Source: an uncultured Bdellovibrionales bacterium
Lineage (GTDB): Bacteria; Bdellovibrionota; Bdellovibrionia; Bdellovibrionales; UBA1609
NCBI GenBank assembly: GCA_938002015.1
Contig: CALLAU010000056.1
Span: 14,995 to 78,994 of the forward strand
Direction: 5' to 3'
DNA length: 64,000 nt
The first letter of the stretch is position 1. Each line of letters begins with the position of its first letter. The translations under genes were made by a program, and so were the position numbers. Under the pieces are notes generated by a model. That model searched no databases. It worked only from the letters and a program-made list of their open reading frames with translations, and was not told the DNA's origin. This document shows positions 1 to 10,148 of this stretch, one piece after another.

Positions 1-794
1 TAACTGCTTTTATCGGGATTAGTATCATTTCAACTGCTTACTATTTTTTTGAATCAACAGGCCTTTATGTTTTATCAGCAGCAGCATCTGTATTAGTTGG
101 CTTTGAAGCTGGCATGATGTCTTTTAAGAAAAAATCTACTTTTCTACCTCTACTTTTTATAAATTCTTTCTGGTTTATCTATTTTTATTTTCAAAAAGAT
201 CTTAGCCATTTATTCGGAGTACTTATACTCTCTCTTACCGCTTGGGTTTGGATATCTAGATTTCAAAACTTAGAACGAGAAGAAGTTTTTAATGATAGAG
301 CTAATGTATCAAGCTTTCTTTTTTTCTCCCTTATTTGTCCAACTTTTGTAATAGGACATTTAAGCTTTGAGAATGGTGTCGAAAAGTTTGCCTTCCTGCT
401 TTTTTCAGTTTTTCTCTTTGATACTCTTTCTTTTTTCTTTGGAAAAACTTTTGGTGGAAAATTTTTTAAAACTCCACTCTACCCCTTTGCCTCACCAACT
501 AAAACTATTGAGGGAGCTCTTTTTGCCGCACTCACTTGCACCCTCATACTTATTTTTTTAAATCCATACACAAAAGATTTCTCTCCTTTTGCAAGACTTT
601 CCACTGCATTACAGTTAGCAGTGATACCATTTTATTATTTACTTGCACTGACCGGAGATCTAGTTGAATCACTTTTAAAACGCTCTTCCGGGACTAAAGA
701 CTCAGGCAGCTTTTTACCTGGGCATGGTGGCTTTTTTGACAGGCTAGATGGAGTGCTTTTTGCTGGCATTCTCTCCTACCTGCTTTTACAATAA
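1..794 (+). CDS. cdsA: Phosphatidate cytidylyltransferase, 5' end outside the window
   Basis: SPTKTIEG and SLLKRSSGTKDSGSFLPGHGGFFDRLD signature. The frame is open from position 3, so the true start lies upstream of the window. Precedes rseP. Confidence 0.93.
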   Translation, partial: TAFIGISIISTAYYFFESTGLYVLSAAASVLVGFEAGMMSFKKKSTFLPLLFINSFWFIYFYFQKDLSHLFGVLILSLTAWVWISRFQNLEREEVFNDRANVSSFLFFSLICPTFVIGHLSFENGVEKFAFLLFSVFLFDTLSFFFGKTFGGKFFKTPLYPFASPTKTIEGALFAALTCTLILIFLNPYTKDFSPFARLSTALQLAVIPFYYLLALTGDLVESLLKRSSGTKDSGSFLPGHGGFFDRLDGVLFAGILSYLLLQ

Positions 795-798
795 TTAA

Positions 799-2457
799 AT
801 GTTTATATTAGAAAAAATCACGTCAATCGGTCATTTAATCGGTCCTTTCTTACTCTTACTTGGAGTCCTTATCTTTATTCACGAATGGGGTCACTTTATC
901 GTCGCAAGAATTTGCGGGGTTCGTGTTGAAACATTTAGCATTGGCTTTGGACCAAAAATTTTCCAAAAAAAATGGGGCGATACAACCTACTGCCTTAGTA
1001 TCATTCCACTTGGTGGCTATGTTAAGATGTTTGGAGATGACATCACCTCTGAGGTTCCAAAAGAAGAGCAGCCAGAAAGTTTTATCCATCAAAGCTTAAA
1101 AGAAAAAATAGCTATTGTTGCTGCAGGGCCTATCATGAACTTAATCTTTGCATTTGGACTCTTTGTAGCTCTTGGTGCGATAGGAAGCCCACAAACCAAA
1201 CCTATAATAGGTGATGTGGATGCAAACACTCCTGCTGCTTTAGCTGGGTTTAGTTACGGTGATACAATCACTTCTGTTAACAACACAAAAGTGAAGTCTT
1301 GGGATCAATTTCAAAAAGAGCTTAATTCTTTACAAAGCCAAGACAATATTAGAGTTGATGTAAAACGCTTAGATGGAACTAGCAAAGAAATTTTAAGCCC
1401 TTTAAAATCTGTAGATAATATCAACCCAATGTCTAATTCTAAGACTATGGGCTCTATAGAAGGACTTTCTCCCTATAAGCTCTCTTCTATTATAGCTTTA
1501 AATTTTGACTCTATTTTACATGAGAAAAAAATTGAAACTCTAGATAGAGTTAAAGAAGTAAATGGAGAAAAAATAAATTCTTTTTTTGAGTTAAAATCAA
1601 AAATACAAAACACTCCTAGTTCAAAAAACCTTACTTTAGTGATTCAAAATAATTCTAAAGAAGAAAAAAGTGTTGAAATTATCGCAACTAATACTGGCTC
1701 AAATTGGAGTTTAGAAGGGTTAGGAATTAAAAAACCTGAGCTTTTTATCGGATCTGTCGTTAAAGGCTCTCCGGCTTTTCAGGCTGGTATAAAACCTGGA
1801 TTTCAAATTTTAAAAATAAACTCTGTTGAACTTAAAAGTTGGATGGATCTTGTTGAAGCTGTTAAAAATACTCAAGAAGGACAAAAAATTAATTTTCAAG
1901 TTGCTGACTTAAATCAAGAAGTTAAGAATATATTTATTGCACCAGAAATAACTGAACACCTTACACAAGGTGGACAAGTAGATAGAAGAGCTACTGTTGG
2001 AATTAGACCTGGGCTTGAGATCATTCCTCCTGAAGCTGTATACATCAAACAAAAAGGCACGTTAAATCTCTTTAAATTTGGTGTTCAAAAAAGTATTGAT
2101 TGGACAATGATCACTCTTCTAGGTTTTAAGAAACTTTTATTTGGTGAAATTTCTCATAAGACTTTAAGCGGTGTCATCACAATTGGACAGGTTGCAAGAC
2201 AGTCACTCACATATGGCTGGGCTTACTTTATTCAAATGATGGCTATTATTTCAATTAACCTTTTTCTTTTAAATCTTATGCCTGTACCGGTTCTTGATGG
2301 TGGGCATCTTTTATTTTATGCAATTGAAGGAATCAAAGGATCTCCAGTAAATTTAAAAACTCGTTTAATCGCTCAACAAGTCGGCGTTGTTATCCTCATG
2401 TTCTTAATCGTTTTCACTATTTTCAATGACATTTCTAGAATCGTATTTTCAGGGTAG
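799..2457 (+). CDS. rseP: RIP intramembrane metalloprotease with tandem PDZ domains
   Basis: HEWGH Zn motif, GGYVKM, NLMPVPVLDGG motif, PDZ-like segments, cdsA context. Confidence 0.93.
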   Translation: MFILEKITSIGHLIGPFLLLLGVLIFIHEWGHFIVARICGVRVETFSIGFGPKIFQKKWGDTTYCLSIIPLGGYVKMFGDDITSEVPKEEQPESFIHQSLKEKIAIVAAGPIMNLIFAFGLFVALGAIGSPQTKPIIGDVDANTPAALAGFSYGDTITSVNNTKVKSWDQFQKELNSLQSQDNIRVDVKRLDGTSKEILSPLKSVDNINPMSNSKTMGSIEGLSPYKLSSIIALNFDSILHEKKIETLDRVKEVNGEKINSFFELKSKIQNTPSSKNLTLVIQNNSKEEKSVEIIATNTGSNWSLEGLGIKKPELFIGSVVKGSPAFQAGIKPGFQILKINSVELKSWMDLVEAVKNTQEGQKINFQVADLNQEVKNIFIAPEITEHLTQGGQVDRRATVGIRPGLEIIPPEAVYIKQKGTLNLFKFGVQKSIDWTMITLLGFKKLLFGEISHKTLSGVITIGQVARQSLTYGWAYFIQMMAIISINLFLLNLMPVPVLDGGHLLFYAIEGIKGSPVNLKTRLIAQQVGVVILMFLIVFTIFNDISRIVFSG

Positions 2458-3148
2458 GAACTCTTCAAGCTGGTCTCTTGGTGTTGATACAAGTACACAC
2501 CAAGGAAGACTAAGTTTTTTTAATAAGTCTGGAGTCTTAAAAGAAGTTATCTGGGGTAAAGAAAAAAGACATAGTGAAAGTCTTTTACTAGATTTTAAAG
2601 AAATCACTTCAGAGCTTAAACTTGATATTGTAAATCTCAATCATATTTTTTTAGGAGTTGGCCCCGGAAGTTTTACAGGAGTTAGAGTCTCTTGTGCTTT
2701 TGTAAAAGGACTTTCTTTTGCTTCAAATGTAGAGGTTAAAGCTTTCCCATCTACAAGGATTCAAGCTGCACAAATAGCTTTAAGAAAAACTGACTTTGTA
2801 TTTCTCTTACCCTCAATAGGCGAACTTGTTTTTTCAGCTAAGTATACAAAAAAAAATAATCTTTATATTGAAGATCTTTCGCCAACTACAAAACCGATAA
2901 AACACTTCTTAGACTTAGGTAAAGAGGAGGTTTTCATCTTTAAAGATCAGGAAAAAAATAGCATCACCTCTAAAGTGCAGCAAAAAATAAACTCAGTTTC
3001 AAATCAAACACCCTCTCTTTATGAGAGTTTAGTCTTCTCACATGAAAACCTCTTACCCTTTTGTAGTTCTACACATTTAGACCTTATACCACTTTACTTT
3101 AGACTATCAGAAGCCGAAGAGAAGTTTGGAATAAAAGAGGGGAAATAA
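2426..3148 (+). CDS. tsaB: tRNA threonylcarbamoyladenosine biosynthesis protein TsaB
   Basis: LGVDTS, HSE and GVGPGSFTGVR motifs, C-terminal PLYFR. Confidence 0.88.
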   Translation: MTFLESYFQGRNSSSWSLGVDTSTHQGRLSFFNKSGVLKEVIWGKEKRHSESLLLDFKEITSELKLDIVNLNHIFLGVGPGSFTGVRVSCAFVKGLSFASNVEVKAFPSTRIQAAQIALRKTDFVFLLPSIGELVFSAKYTKKNNLYIEDLSPTTKPIKHFLDLGKEEVFIFKDQEKNSITSKVQQKINSVSNQTPSLYESLVFSHENLLPFCSSTHLDLIPLYFRLSEAEEKFGIKEGK

Positions 3149-3149
3149 A

Positions 3150-4112
3150 ATGGAGAAAGAAAACTTCAAAACACCCACTGTATATGCTGTAGGTGGCGGA
3201 AAAGGCGGTATCGGTAAGTCTTTTATCAGTAGTAATCTTGCTCTCTTCTTTTCAAGAAAAAAAATTAGCACTCTCATTATAGATTTAGACTTTGGTGGAG
3301 CAAATGCTCACACGTACCTAAATACACAACTAGCCGGCCCTTCCATTAAGGATTTCTTATCAGGTTCAACATCTCATTTAGGTGAAGTGGTTACAAAAAC
3401 CCCTTTTCCAAACTTAAGTCTTATTAGAGGGGCTGCAGACTGGGATGAGGTCATGTCTCTTGATGCAAAAAGCTTACAGCAGTTTTTTAAATCAGTGAGA
3501 GATCTTGGTTTTGAAAAAATTATTTATGATCTTGGCGCAGGTACTGGGTTTGAAACTATTGAAGCCTTTATCGACGCTGATGTTCGCCTAGCTGTGTCCT
3601 CACCTGAGCCTATTAGTATTGAAAACACATATCAGTTTTTAAAGAGAGTTTTTTACAGGCAATTGCAAAGTGCATGCGAGCAGTTAGACTGTAAAAGCTT
3701 AGTAGATGATATCTTAAATAATAAGCAAGAACTAAAGATCTCAACTCCAAGCTCGCTTATTAAACATATTAAGAAAACTTACCCTGAAATGGGAGCTACT
3801 TTAGATAGCAAGATTCAAGAGCTTAAAAGTATAACTCTTGTTAACCAAGCTCGCTCTCCAAAAGATAGGAAAATTAGTGGATCTATAGCTCATATAGCTA
3901 GGCAATACTTTGGTTTTCCAGTGGAAAACGCTGGCTGTATTGATTTTGATAACCGTGTCTGGCAATCTGTACGCTCCATGAAACCTCTTTTTATGGAATC
4001 TCCTGATTCTGATATACTAAGAGACTTTCGTGATATTTTTAATCAACTAGAAAAACATAAAAAAACATCAGCTCAAACTGATGGCAAAGGTTTATATAAA
4101 AACGTATCATGA
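3150..4112 (+). CDS. MinD/FlhG/ParA-family P-loop ATPase
   Basis: Deviant Walker A GGGKGGIGKS, DLDFGGAN, DLGAG, PEPISIEN. Confidence 0.85.
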   Translation: MEKENFKTPTVYAVGGGKGGIGKSFISSNLALFFSRKKISTLIIDLDFGGANAHTYLNTQLAGPSIKDFLSGSTSHLGEVVTKTPFPNLSLIRGAADWDEVMSLDAKSLQQFFKSVRDLGFEKIIYDLGAGTGFETIEAFIDADVRLAVSSPEPISIENTYQFLKRVFYRQLQSACEQLDCKSLVDDILNNKQELKISTPSSLIKHIKKTYPEMGATLDSKIQELKSITLVNQARSPKDRKISGSIAHIARQYFGFPVENAGCIDFDNRVWQSVRSMKPLFMESPDSDILRDFRDIFNQLEKHKKTSAQTDGKGLYKNVS

Positions 4113-4735
4113 TTGATCTTGAAAGAAACTATTACGAAATCCTTGAGCTTGAACAAAAAGCCACTCGTCAAGAAATTGAAGAGGCTTATATAAAAGCAAA
4201 AGAAACCTATAGTCCTTCAAGCCCGGCTCTTTATTCCATGTTCTCTCCATCAGAAGCTAAAGAACTCCACAGTCTTATTGAAAGAGCTTATGCTATTTTA
4301 ACAAATCCTGATAAAAGAAAAGAGTATGATAATAGTATAAGCGATAACGACAGTGGCGAAGTTAATACTGAACATAAGAAAGAAGAGCCTAAAAAAGACG
4401 TTGAAGAAAATGAAATCTACTTTAACGGAACAACTATTGTAAAAAAATATGATCAAGACCACACAACTGAAGAGCTTATTAAAAACTTTAGTGATTGCAA
4501 TGGGGCTTTTATTCAAAAAATTAGATATTATAAAGGTATTACTCTTGAAGAACTCTCTGAATATTCTAAAATCTCTAAAACTAATATCTTAGCTATTGAG
4601 GCTGAAGATTTTGACAGCCTTCCTGTAAAAGTTTTTGTAAGGGGTTTTGTATCTCAAATCACTAAACTAATCGGTTTAGATAGCAAAAAAGCAACAGATC
4701 TATATATGAGTGTTTATAATGAACAAAAAAAGTGA
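4109..4735 (+). CDS. J-domain-like plus C-terminal RodZ-type HTH protein
   Basis: N-terminal NYYEILEL...AYAILTNPDKRKEYD; C-terminal IRYYKGITLEELS..SKI....AIEAEDFDSLP..VFVRGFV HTH. Confidence 0.75.
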   Translation: MIDLERNYYEILELEQKATRQEIEEAYIKAKETYSPSSPALYSMFSPSEAKELHSLIERAYAILTNPDKRKEYDNSISDNDSGEVNTEHKKEEPKKDVEENEIYFNGTTIVKKYDQDHTTEELIKNFSDCNGAFIQKIRYYKGITLEELSEYSKISKTNILAIEAEDFDSLPVKVFVRGFVSQITKLIGLDSKKATDLYMSVYNEQKK

Positions 4736-5671
4736 TCTAAAAAAAAAGTTTCCATTCTAGATAAGGATATAGGAAAAAGATTAGATCAGTTCATCACCTC
4801 TAATACTGAAATCACAAGTAGGTCCTTTGCTCAAAAAATTATTAAAGAGGGGCAAGTTCTTGTAGATGGAAAAATTTCTAAGCCATCTTTTAAAATCCTT
4901 AATTTAGACTCAAACATAGAGATTCTACTTCCTCTTATAGAGCCAAAAATTGCTGAAGAAATTGTTGCTGAAAAAATTGAATTAGACATTATTTTTGAAG
5001 ATGCTCATATAATAGTTATAAATAAACCTTCTGGTATGGTAACTCACCCAGCCCCTGGGCATTACACAGGGACTCTAGTTAATGCTCTACTACATAAGAT
5101 TGAAGTAGATAAATTTAAAGACTCTTCAAATCTTAGGCCTGGTATTGTGCATAGGCTTGATAAAGACACGAGTGGACTTATCGTTGTAGCTAAAAACTTA
5201 AATGCACAAAACCACCTTTCAGCTCAATTTAAAGAAAAATCTGCCTTTAGAAAGTATCAAGCACTTTGCTTTGGACCATTTAAAAAAGAAAATGGGGTGA
5301 TAGAATCTTTTTTAAATAGACATCAAAAAGATAGAAAGAAATATTCAAGTCAGCCTGAGGGCAAATATGCAAAAACAGCTTTTGATGTTTGTAAAAATGG
5401 CCCCATTGCAAAAGTACATTTACAACTTTTCACAGGTCGCACACATCAAATACGAGTTCATTTATCTGAATTGGGAAATCCAATTTTAAATGATCCCATT
5501 TATGGACAAAATAAAAGAATTAACGGGATTCAAGATGTTAAATTAAAATCAAAACTAAAAACCCTTAAAAGACTTGCACTTGTTGCAACTGAATTAGAAA
5601 TCACTCACCCTGTTAAGAACGAAAAAATGAAATTTGTAATACCCTTTCCAAAGGAGTTTGAGATTTTATGA
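4736..5671 (+). CDS. rluD: RluA-family pseudouridine synthase with S4 domain; start codon problematic
   Basis: HRLDKDTSG and GRTHQIRVH motifs. The frame is open from 4736 and encodes S4-like RLDQF...SRS..QK.I..GQV.VDG upstream of the first ATG at 5036. Confidence 0.88.
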   Translation, partial: SKKKVSILDKDIGKRLDQFITSNTEITSRSFAQKIIKEGQVLVDGKISKPSFKILNLDSNIEILLPLIEPKIAEEIVAEKIELDIIFEDAHIIVINKPSGMVTHPAPGHYTGTLVNALLHKIEVDKFKDSSNLRPGIVHRLDKDTSGLIVVAKNLNAQNHLSAQFKEKSAFRKYQALCFGPFKKENGVIESFLNRHQKDRKKYSSQPEGKYAKTAFDVCKNGPIAKVHLQLFTGRTHQIRVHLSELGNPILNDPIYGQNKRINGIQDVKLKSKLKTLKRLALVATELEITHPVKNEKMKFVIPFPKEFEIL

Positions 5672-6333
5672 GAATAGACTCAACTAAAACTGGAAAAATA
5701 TTTGAGAACGAACAGATAAAAGTTATATTTTCAAATACACTCTCAAATGACTTACTCAATGCTTTAGAAAAACCCACATTGTTTACCAAACAAGTACATG
5801 GAATAGATATACTAGAAGTAAATAAACTTTTTGCAAATAACTCTGTTTCTATTTTAGAAGAATATGATGGAATGCTTTGTAAAAATCGATATCACGCTCT
5901 TGGAATACAAACAGCAGACTGTGTCCCCTGTTTTTTATTTTCTAAAAATAAACTGTTTAGTTTACATTTAGGATGGAGAAGCCTAAACGACGGTCTTTTA
6001 GTAAAAGCACTTGAACATGTCTCTAAAGATGAGAACTCTCTTTTATTTATTGGACCACATATAAGACTTGAGTCTTTTGAAGTAGGCCCTGAAGTAGTTG
6101 AACACTTTAACAAAAATCACAAGGACTCTTCTAGTTGGTGGCAGCAAGAAAATGGAAAATACCACATCTCACTTTCAAAAATTATACGGCATGAGTGTAG
6201 CATGCATAACATCACTATTTATGAAGACACAACAGACACGTTTACCTCGTCTTCTCATTTTTCATATAGAAGGGCCTTTAAGGCAAAGAAAACTGAGAAG
6301 AGGCGAAACATCAGTCTTGCTTACATCAAATAG
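5668..6333 (+). CDS. pgeF: PgeF/YfiH multi-copper-oxidase-like peptidoglycan editing factor
   Basis: QVHG, TADCVP, HLGWR, GPHI, FSYRR motifs; canonical position after rluD. Confidence 0.85.
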   Translation: MRIDSTKTGKIFENEQIKVIFSNTLSNDLLNALEKPTLFTKQVHGIDILEVNKLFANNSVSILEEYDGMLCKNRYHALGIQTADCVPCFLFSKNKLFSLHLGWRSLNDGLLVKALEHVSKDENSLLFIGPHIRLESFEVGPEVVEHFNKNHKDSSSWWQQENGKYHISLSKIIRHECSMHNITIYEDTTDTFTSSSHFSYRRAFKAKKTEKRRNISLAYIK

Positions 6334-6368
6334 GTTGAAAATGCTCTTTATTCTCTTATAATTTAAAT

Positions 6369-6836
6369 ATGAAACTTAAAAGCACTGGTTTTTTGCTTAT
6401 ATTTATTGGTTTAGTTGGCATATCATGCCTCATCTTTTTTTCTGATCAAATTAGGCATACCATTTCAAGTAAAAACAGAGCGCCCTTTAGAACTATCATT
6501 TCATCTATTGAAGCCGACTTATCTCAGCAGGGAAACAAATATAAAATACTTAAAATAAAGTCTGAAGAGGGCCTCTCAATTGAGATCTATGATTCAAACT
6601 CTAATTATAATAAAATTGCTGAGTTTTCGCTTTTTAATAAGTATGACGGGCACATAATGATTGAGGGCAAAGCTACTAATTTAGCCCTTAAAGACCTTGA
6701 TGGTGATCAAGTCACTGAAATAATTGCCCCTAGTTTTTCTAAAAACCAAGAGCCTAGAGTCCATATATTTAAGTTCAACCTTCCACTACTGACTTTTGAA
6801 GAAATTACACACTTGGACTTACCTATCGGATCTTGA
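6369..6836 (+). CDS. Hypothetical membrane-anchored protein with a DxDGD-type Ca-binding loop
   Basis: N-terminal hydrophobic helix; DLDGDQVTEII. Confidence 0.55.
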   Translation: MKLKSTGFLLIFIGLVGISCLIFFSDQIRHTISSKNRAPFRTIISSIEADLSQQGNKYKILKIKSEEGLSIEIYDSNSNYNKIAEFSLFNKYDGHIMIEGKATNLALKDLDGDQVTEIIAPSFSKNQEPRVHIFKFNLPLLTFEEITHLDLPIGS

Positions 6837-6859
6837 CTTTAGCCTATTTATGATGTTCT

Positions 6860-7606
6860 GTGTCATTTATGGGTATCTACACACGTTTTCTTCTTATTAG
6901 CGGAGCTTTAATCTTTTTTGCAGCTTGCGGTCCGGATAATAACTTTAACCGCTGCTTTGGCGAGGGCAACTGTGTTTGTAACGCCAGGACAAATATCACG
7001 CCTCTTGATGTTGAAGAAGATGCTGCAGCACCAACTGATTTAAACAGACTACTTACAACAGGGACACTCACTACTTTAAGAGCTCGAATTACTTATGAAG
7101 GCCCAACAAATCAACCTGGTAAGGAAAACTCAGTCATTGTATTTGGAGCAAATATTGAAGCTGATGGCGAAGAAGTTAACTCTCTTTCCTTTAACAAACT
7201 TTGTGCTGATAACTTTAGTGCAGATTTAGCATCTAATGAGCCTATTGAGATACGCGTTCCAGTTTCTAATAAAGAAGATGAACTGGTTTATAATGTCTAT
7301 ACTTTTGAGTATGGTCCAAAATTTAACCGCTATATGGTTTTAAGTGGAGTCTCTAGTAAAAGCGAAGATTTTGTTGATCCATTTAATGAAGATGAGCCTG
7401 TTATAAGTTTTGAAGACATCCTTAATACAGGGGATTCAAAAGCTTATATTGTTAAAGTAGACAAAGAAATTCCTGATTCATTTGATGATGAAAATGCAGA
7501 GAATAATTATACAATTGCATACGCAGATGAAGAAAGAGGAATAAGATACCACTTAGTTGTAAGATGGACTCCTGATCAAACAGAAGAAGAAAACAGCGAA
7601 GATTAA
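6860..7606 (+). CDS. Hypothetical lipoprotein (ATG at 6869 may be the start)
   Basis: Lipobox FAAC after a hydrophobic stretch; acidic mature part. Confidence 0.6.
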   Translation: MSFMGIYTRFLLISGALIFFAACGPDNNFNRCFGEGNCVCNARTNITPLDVEEDAAAPTDLNRLLTTGTLTTLRARITYEGPTNQPGKENSVIVFGANIEADGEEVNSLSFNKLCADNFSADLASNEPIEIRVPVSNKEDELVYNVYTFEYGPKFNRYMVLSGVSSKSEDFVDPFNEDEPVISFEDILNTGDSKAYIVKVDKEIPDSFDDENAENNYTIAYADEERGIRYHLVVRWTPDQTEEENSED

Positions 7607-8652
7607 TTCACTGTTTTCTTTAGATCTCTCCACGATTTACCTTTTCTAGCAGATCTTTTTAATTGATAATCTCGCACCGCTCTTTGGTGCTCTTTATAAG
7701 ACTTTGAAAAATAATGTGTCCCATCATTTTTACTAACAAAGTAAAGATAGGGCGATGTATCTGGATTAAAAATTGATTTTAAAGCGTGTGAACCTGGGTT
7801 TGATATTGGTCCAAGCGGAAGAGCCCTTACAGTATATGTGTTATAAGGCGTGCTCTTTTTTAAGTGCTTAGTTCTAATGTTTTTAAGTCTTTCTCCACTT
7901 ATCAGCCATTCACCATAGATAGTAGTTGGATCACTTTGAAGCTTCATTCTTTTTCTAAGTCTATTAAAAAAAACAGAAGCTATTCTTGGCCTTTCATGAG
8001 CTGCTCCTGTTTCTTTTTCAACAACACTAGCTAAAGTAACTAAGTCATGCTTTGTCATTCCTTCAACGGCTTTAGTTGGTTGAGACACTTTATCAAACTC
8101 TCTTTGAAACGTTTGAACCATAAGTTCAATTATATTCTTAATAGACATCGATTTTGTTAAGTCATAAGTTGCGGGAAACAAATACCCTTCAAAACTCTCA
8201 ACTTTATAACCTAAGATCTGACTCGCTTTTTGACCATTAAGTGCATACTTAACGAAATCTTCTCTACTATTTATAATTTTTTTTGCTTTAAATAAACTCG
8301 CAATTTCAAAAAGATTATAGCCCTCAGGAACTGTGACTTTATAAGAAATAACTTTGCCTGAAACAAGATCTTTAATAATACTTACATAAGGCGTTCCCGC
8401 TTCAAATTCATACTCTCCCATTTTTAAAGACTTCTCAAAGCCCTTTGATTTTAAATAAAATCTTAAGGACTTTACAGGAACCCCGCTCTGCTCTCGAGAA
8501 AGATTTTGTAAGACTCGATAAAAGCCATCACCTTTACCAACATTAATATATGTTTTCTTATTAACTCCTGAATTAATATCTGAGCTGTACTTTACGTAAA
8601 CACCTAAAGTTGAACATACAAATAAAAATGCAATAGCTGCTAGCCACTTCAT
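7603..8652 (-). CDS. mltG: Endolytic transglycosylase MltG
   Basis: VTVPEG, EGYLFPATY, LASVVEKET (catalytic Glu), LQSDPT, YLYFVSKNDGTHYFS. Confidence 0.93.
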   Translation of the reverse strand: MKWLAAIAFLFVCSTLGVYVKYSSDINSGVNKKTYINVGKGDGFYRVLQNLSREQSGVPVKSLRFYLKSKGFEKSLKMGEYEFEAGTPYVSIIKDLVSGKVISYKVTVPEGYNLFEIASLFKAKKIINSREDFVKYALNGQKASQILGYKVESFEGYLFPATYDLTKSMSIKNIIELMVQTFQREFDKVSQPTKAVEGMTKHDLVTLASVVEKETGAAHERPRIASVFFNRLRKRMKLQSDPTTIYGEWLISGERLKNIRTKHLKKSTPYNTYTVRALPLGPISNPGSHALKSIFNPDTSPYLYFVSKNDGTHYFSKSYKEHQRAVRDYQLKRSARKGKSWRDLKKTVN

Positions 8653-10139
8653 AAAAATAACCCCGGAGGAAGTTTAGATGTATCTAACTTTGTTTCGTCT
8701 TCTAATGAAGCAACTGGAGTTGTGCAATAATAAACAGCATGGTGAGCTGAAGGCCTGTCATTACCAGATTTTTTAGTACCTCCAAATGGAAGCTTAGAAC
8801 TTGCACCGTTAGTAGTTCTGTTCCAGTTAAGTAAACCTACATTCAGAGTCTGCAACGCTTTTTCAAAAGTTTCTCTACTTTTTGTAAATACAGCTGATGC
8901 TAAACCAAAATGTGACGCATTCATCTGCTTCATTGTTAAATCAAAGTCACTTACTTTAACGATTGCAACATTAGGTCCAAAAATTTCTGATGTTAGGTAC
9001 ACAGAATCTTCATTAAACTCTGGGACTAAATAAATACTTGGAGTAACATAACACCCTTCATGATCTGTGTTTTCAAGTTTCTTACCTCGCATTAAACACT
9101 CGGCCCCTTCTCTTAATGCAATTTGTTGAAATCTTAAATACTTTTCAACAGCAGCCTCATTAATAAGTGGACCCATAAACGCAGTCTCATCAGACCAGTG
9201 CCCTACTTTAATTTTCTTAGCTGCTTCATAAAACTTATCTAAAAACTCATTATAAACTTTTTCGTGTAAATAAATAATACTCGTGCACGAACAACGCTGC
9301 CCTGCCGTTAAAAAGCTTCCCATTAAAGATTCATAGACTGCTTTATCTACATCTGCATCCTCCCAAATTAGAGAAGCATTTTTTCCACCCATCTCTAAAG
9401 CTAAAACTTTCCAGTATTGCTGAAGGGTATCTTCTTTAATCTTTAGACCAACATCATATGAGCCAGTAAATAAAACTCCATCAACCTGCCTGTGACTTAC
9501 TAATCTTTTCCCAGTTTCAACTTGCCCTTGCACTAAATTAAAAACACCTTCTGGAAACCCTGCTTCTTTATAACACTCTGCCATTAACTGACCTGTAAAT
9601 GGTGTTTTATCAGAAGGTTTAAATACAATCGTATTCCCCGTTACTAAAGCAGGAATAATATGACCATTTGGTAAATGAGCTGGAAAGTTAAAAGGACCTA
9701 TTACTGAAAGAACTCCCTTTGGTTTATATCTAACGTAACCATCTACTCCAGGAAGAGCACCTTCAATTTTAGTCTCTGATACAAGGTTAAGAGAGTAATC
9801 AAGTGTAACATTGATTTTTCCAACTAATGCTCCAGCCTCAGTGCGACTCTCCCACAGTGGCTTGCCTGTCTCTCTACTAATAATCTTAGCAAAATCTTCT
9901 TTCTTAGATGCAAAAACCTTTGATAGCTTTTGAATATAAGATTTTCTTTCATCAACACTTAGTTTAGACCATTTTTCATATGCTTTTCGCGCATTACTAA
10001 CAGCCTTATCCACATGAGCGTAACAAACATTAATTTCACCGATAGTATCTTTTATATCACTCGGACTTGTAACTTTAAAACTTTCGTTTATCTCTAAAGG
10101 AGTTTTAAAGTCCCCTTCAAAAAAATCTCCTAAAAACAT
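8649..10139 (-). CDS. astD: Succinylglutamate-semialdehyde dehydrogenase
   Basis: ALDH motifs GPFNFPAHLPNGH, FTGS, LEMGGKN, AGQRC, EIFGP; adjacent to astA. Confidence 0.85.
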   Translation of the reverse strand: MFLGDFFEGDFKTPLEINESFKVTSPSDIKDTIGEINVCYAHVDKAVSNARKAYEKWSKLSVDERKSYIQKLSKVFASKKEDFAKIISRETGKPLWESRTEAGALVGKINVTLDYSLNLVSETKIEGALPGVDGYVRYKPKGVLSVIGPFNFPAHLPNGHIIPALVTGNTIVFKPSDKTPFTGQLMAECYKEAGFPEGVFNLVQGQVETGKRLVSHRQVDGVLFTGSYDVGLKIKEDTLQQYWKVLALEMGGKNASLIWEDADVDKAVYESLMGSFLTAGQRCSCTSIIYLHEKVYNEFLDKFYEAAKKIKVGHWSDETAFMGPLINEAAVEKYLRFQQIALREGAECLMRGKKLENTDHEGCYVTPSIYLVPEFNEDSVYLTSEIFGPNVAIVKVSDFDLTMKQMNASHFGLASAVFTKSRETFEKALQTLNVGLLNWNRTTNGASSKLPFGGTKKSGNDRPSAHHAVYYCTTPVASLEDETKLDTSKLPPGLFL

Positions 10140-10148
10140 ATTCTCTCC

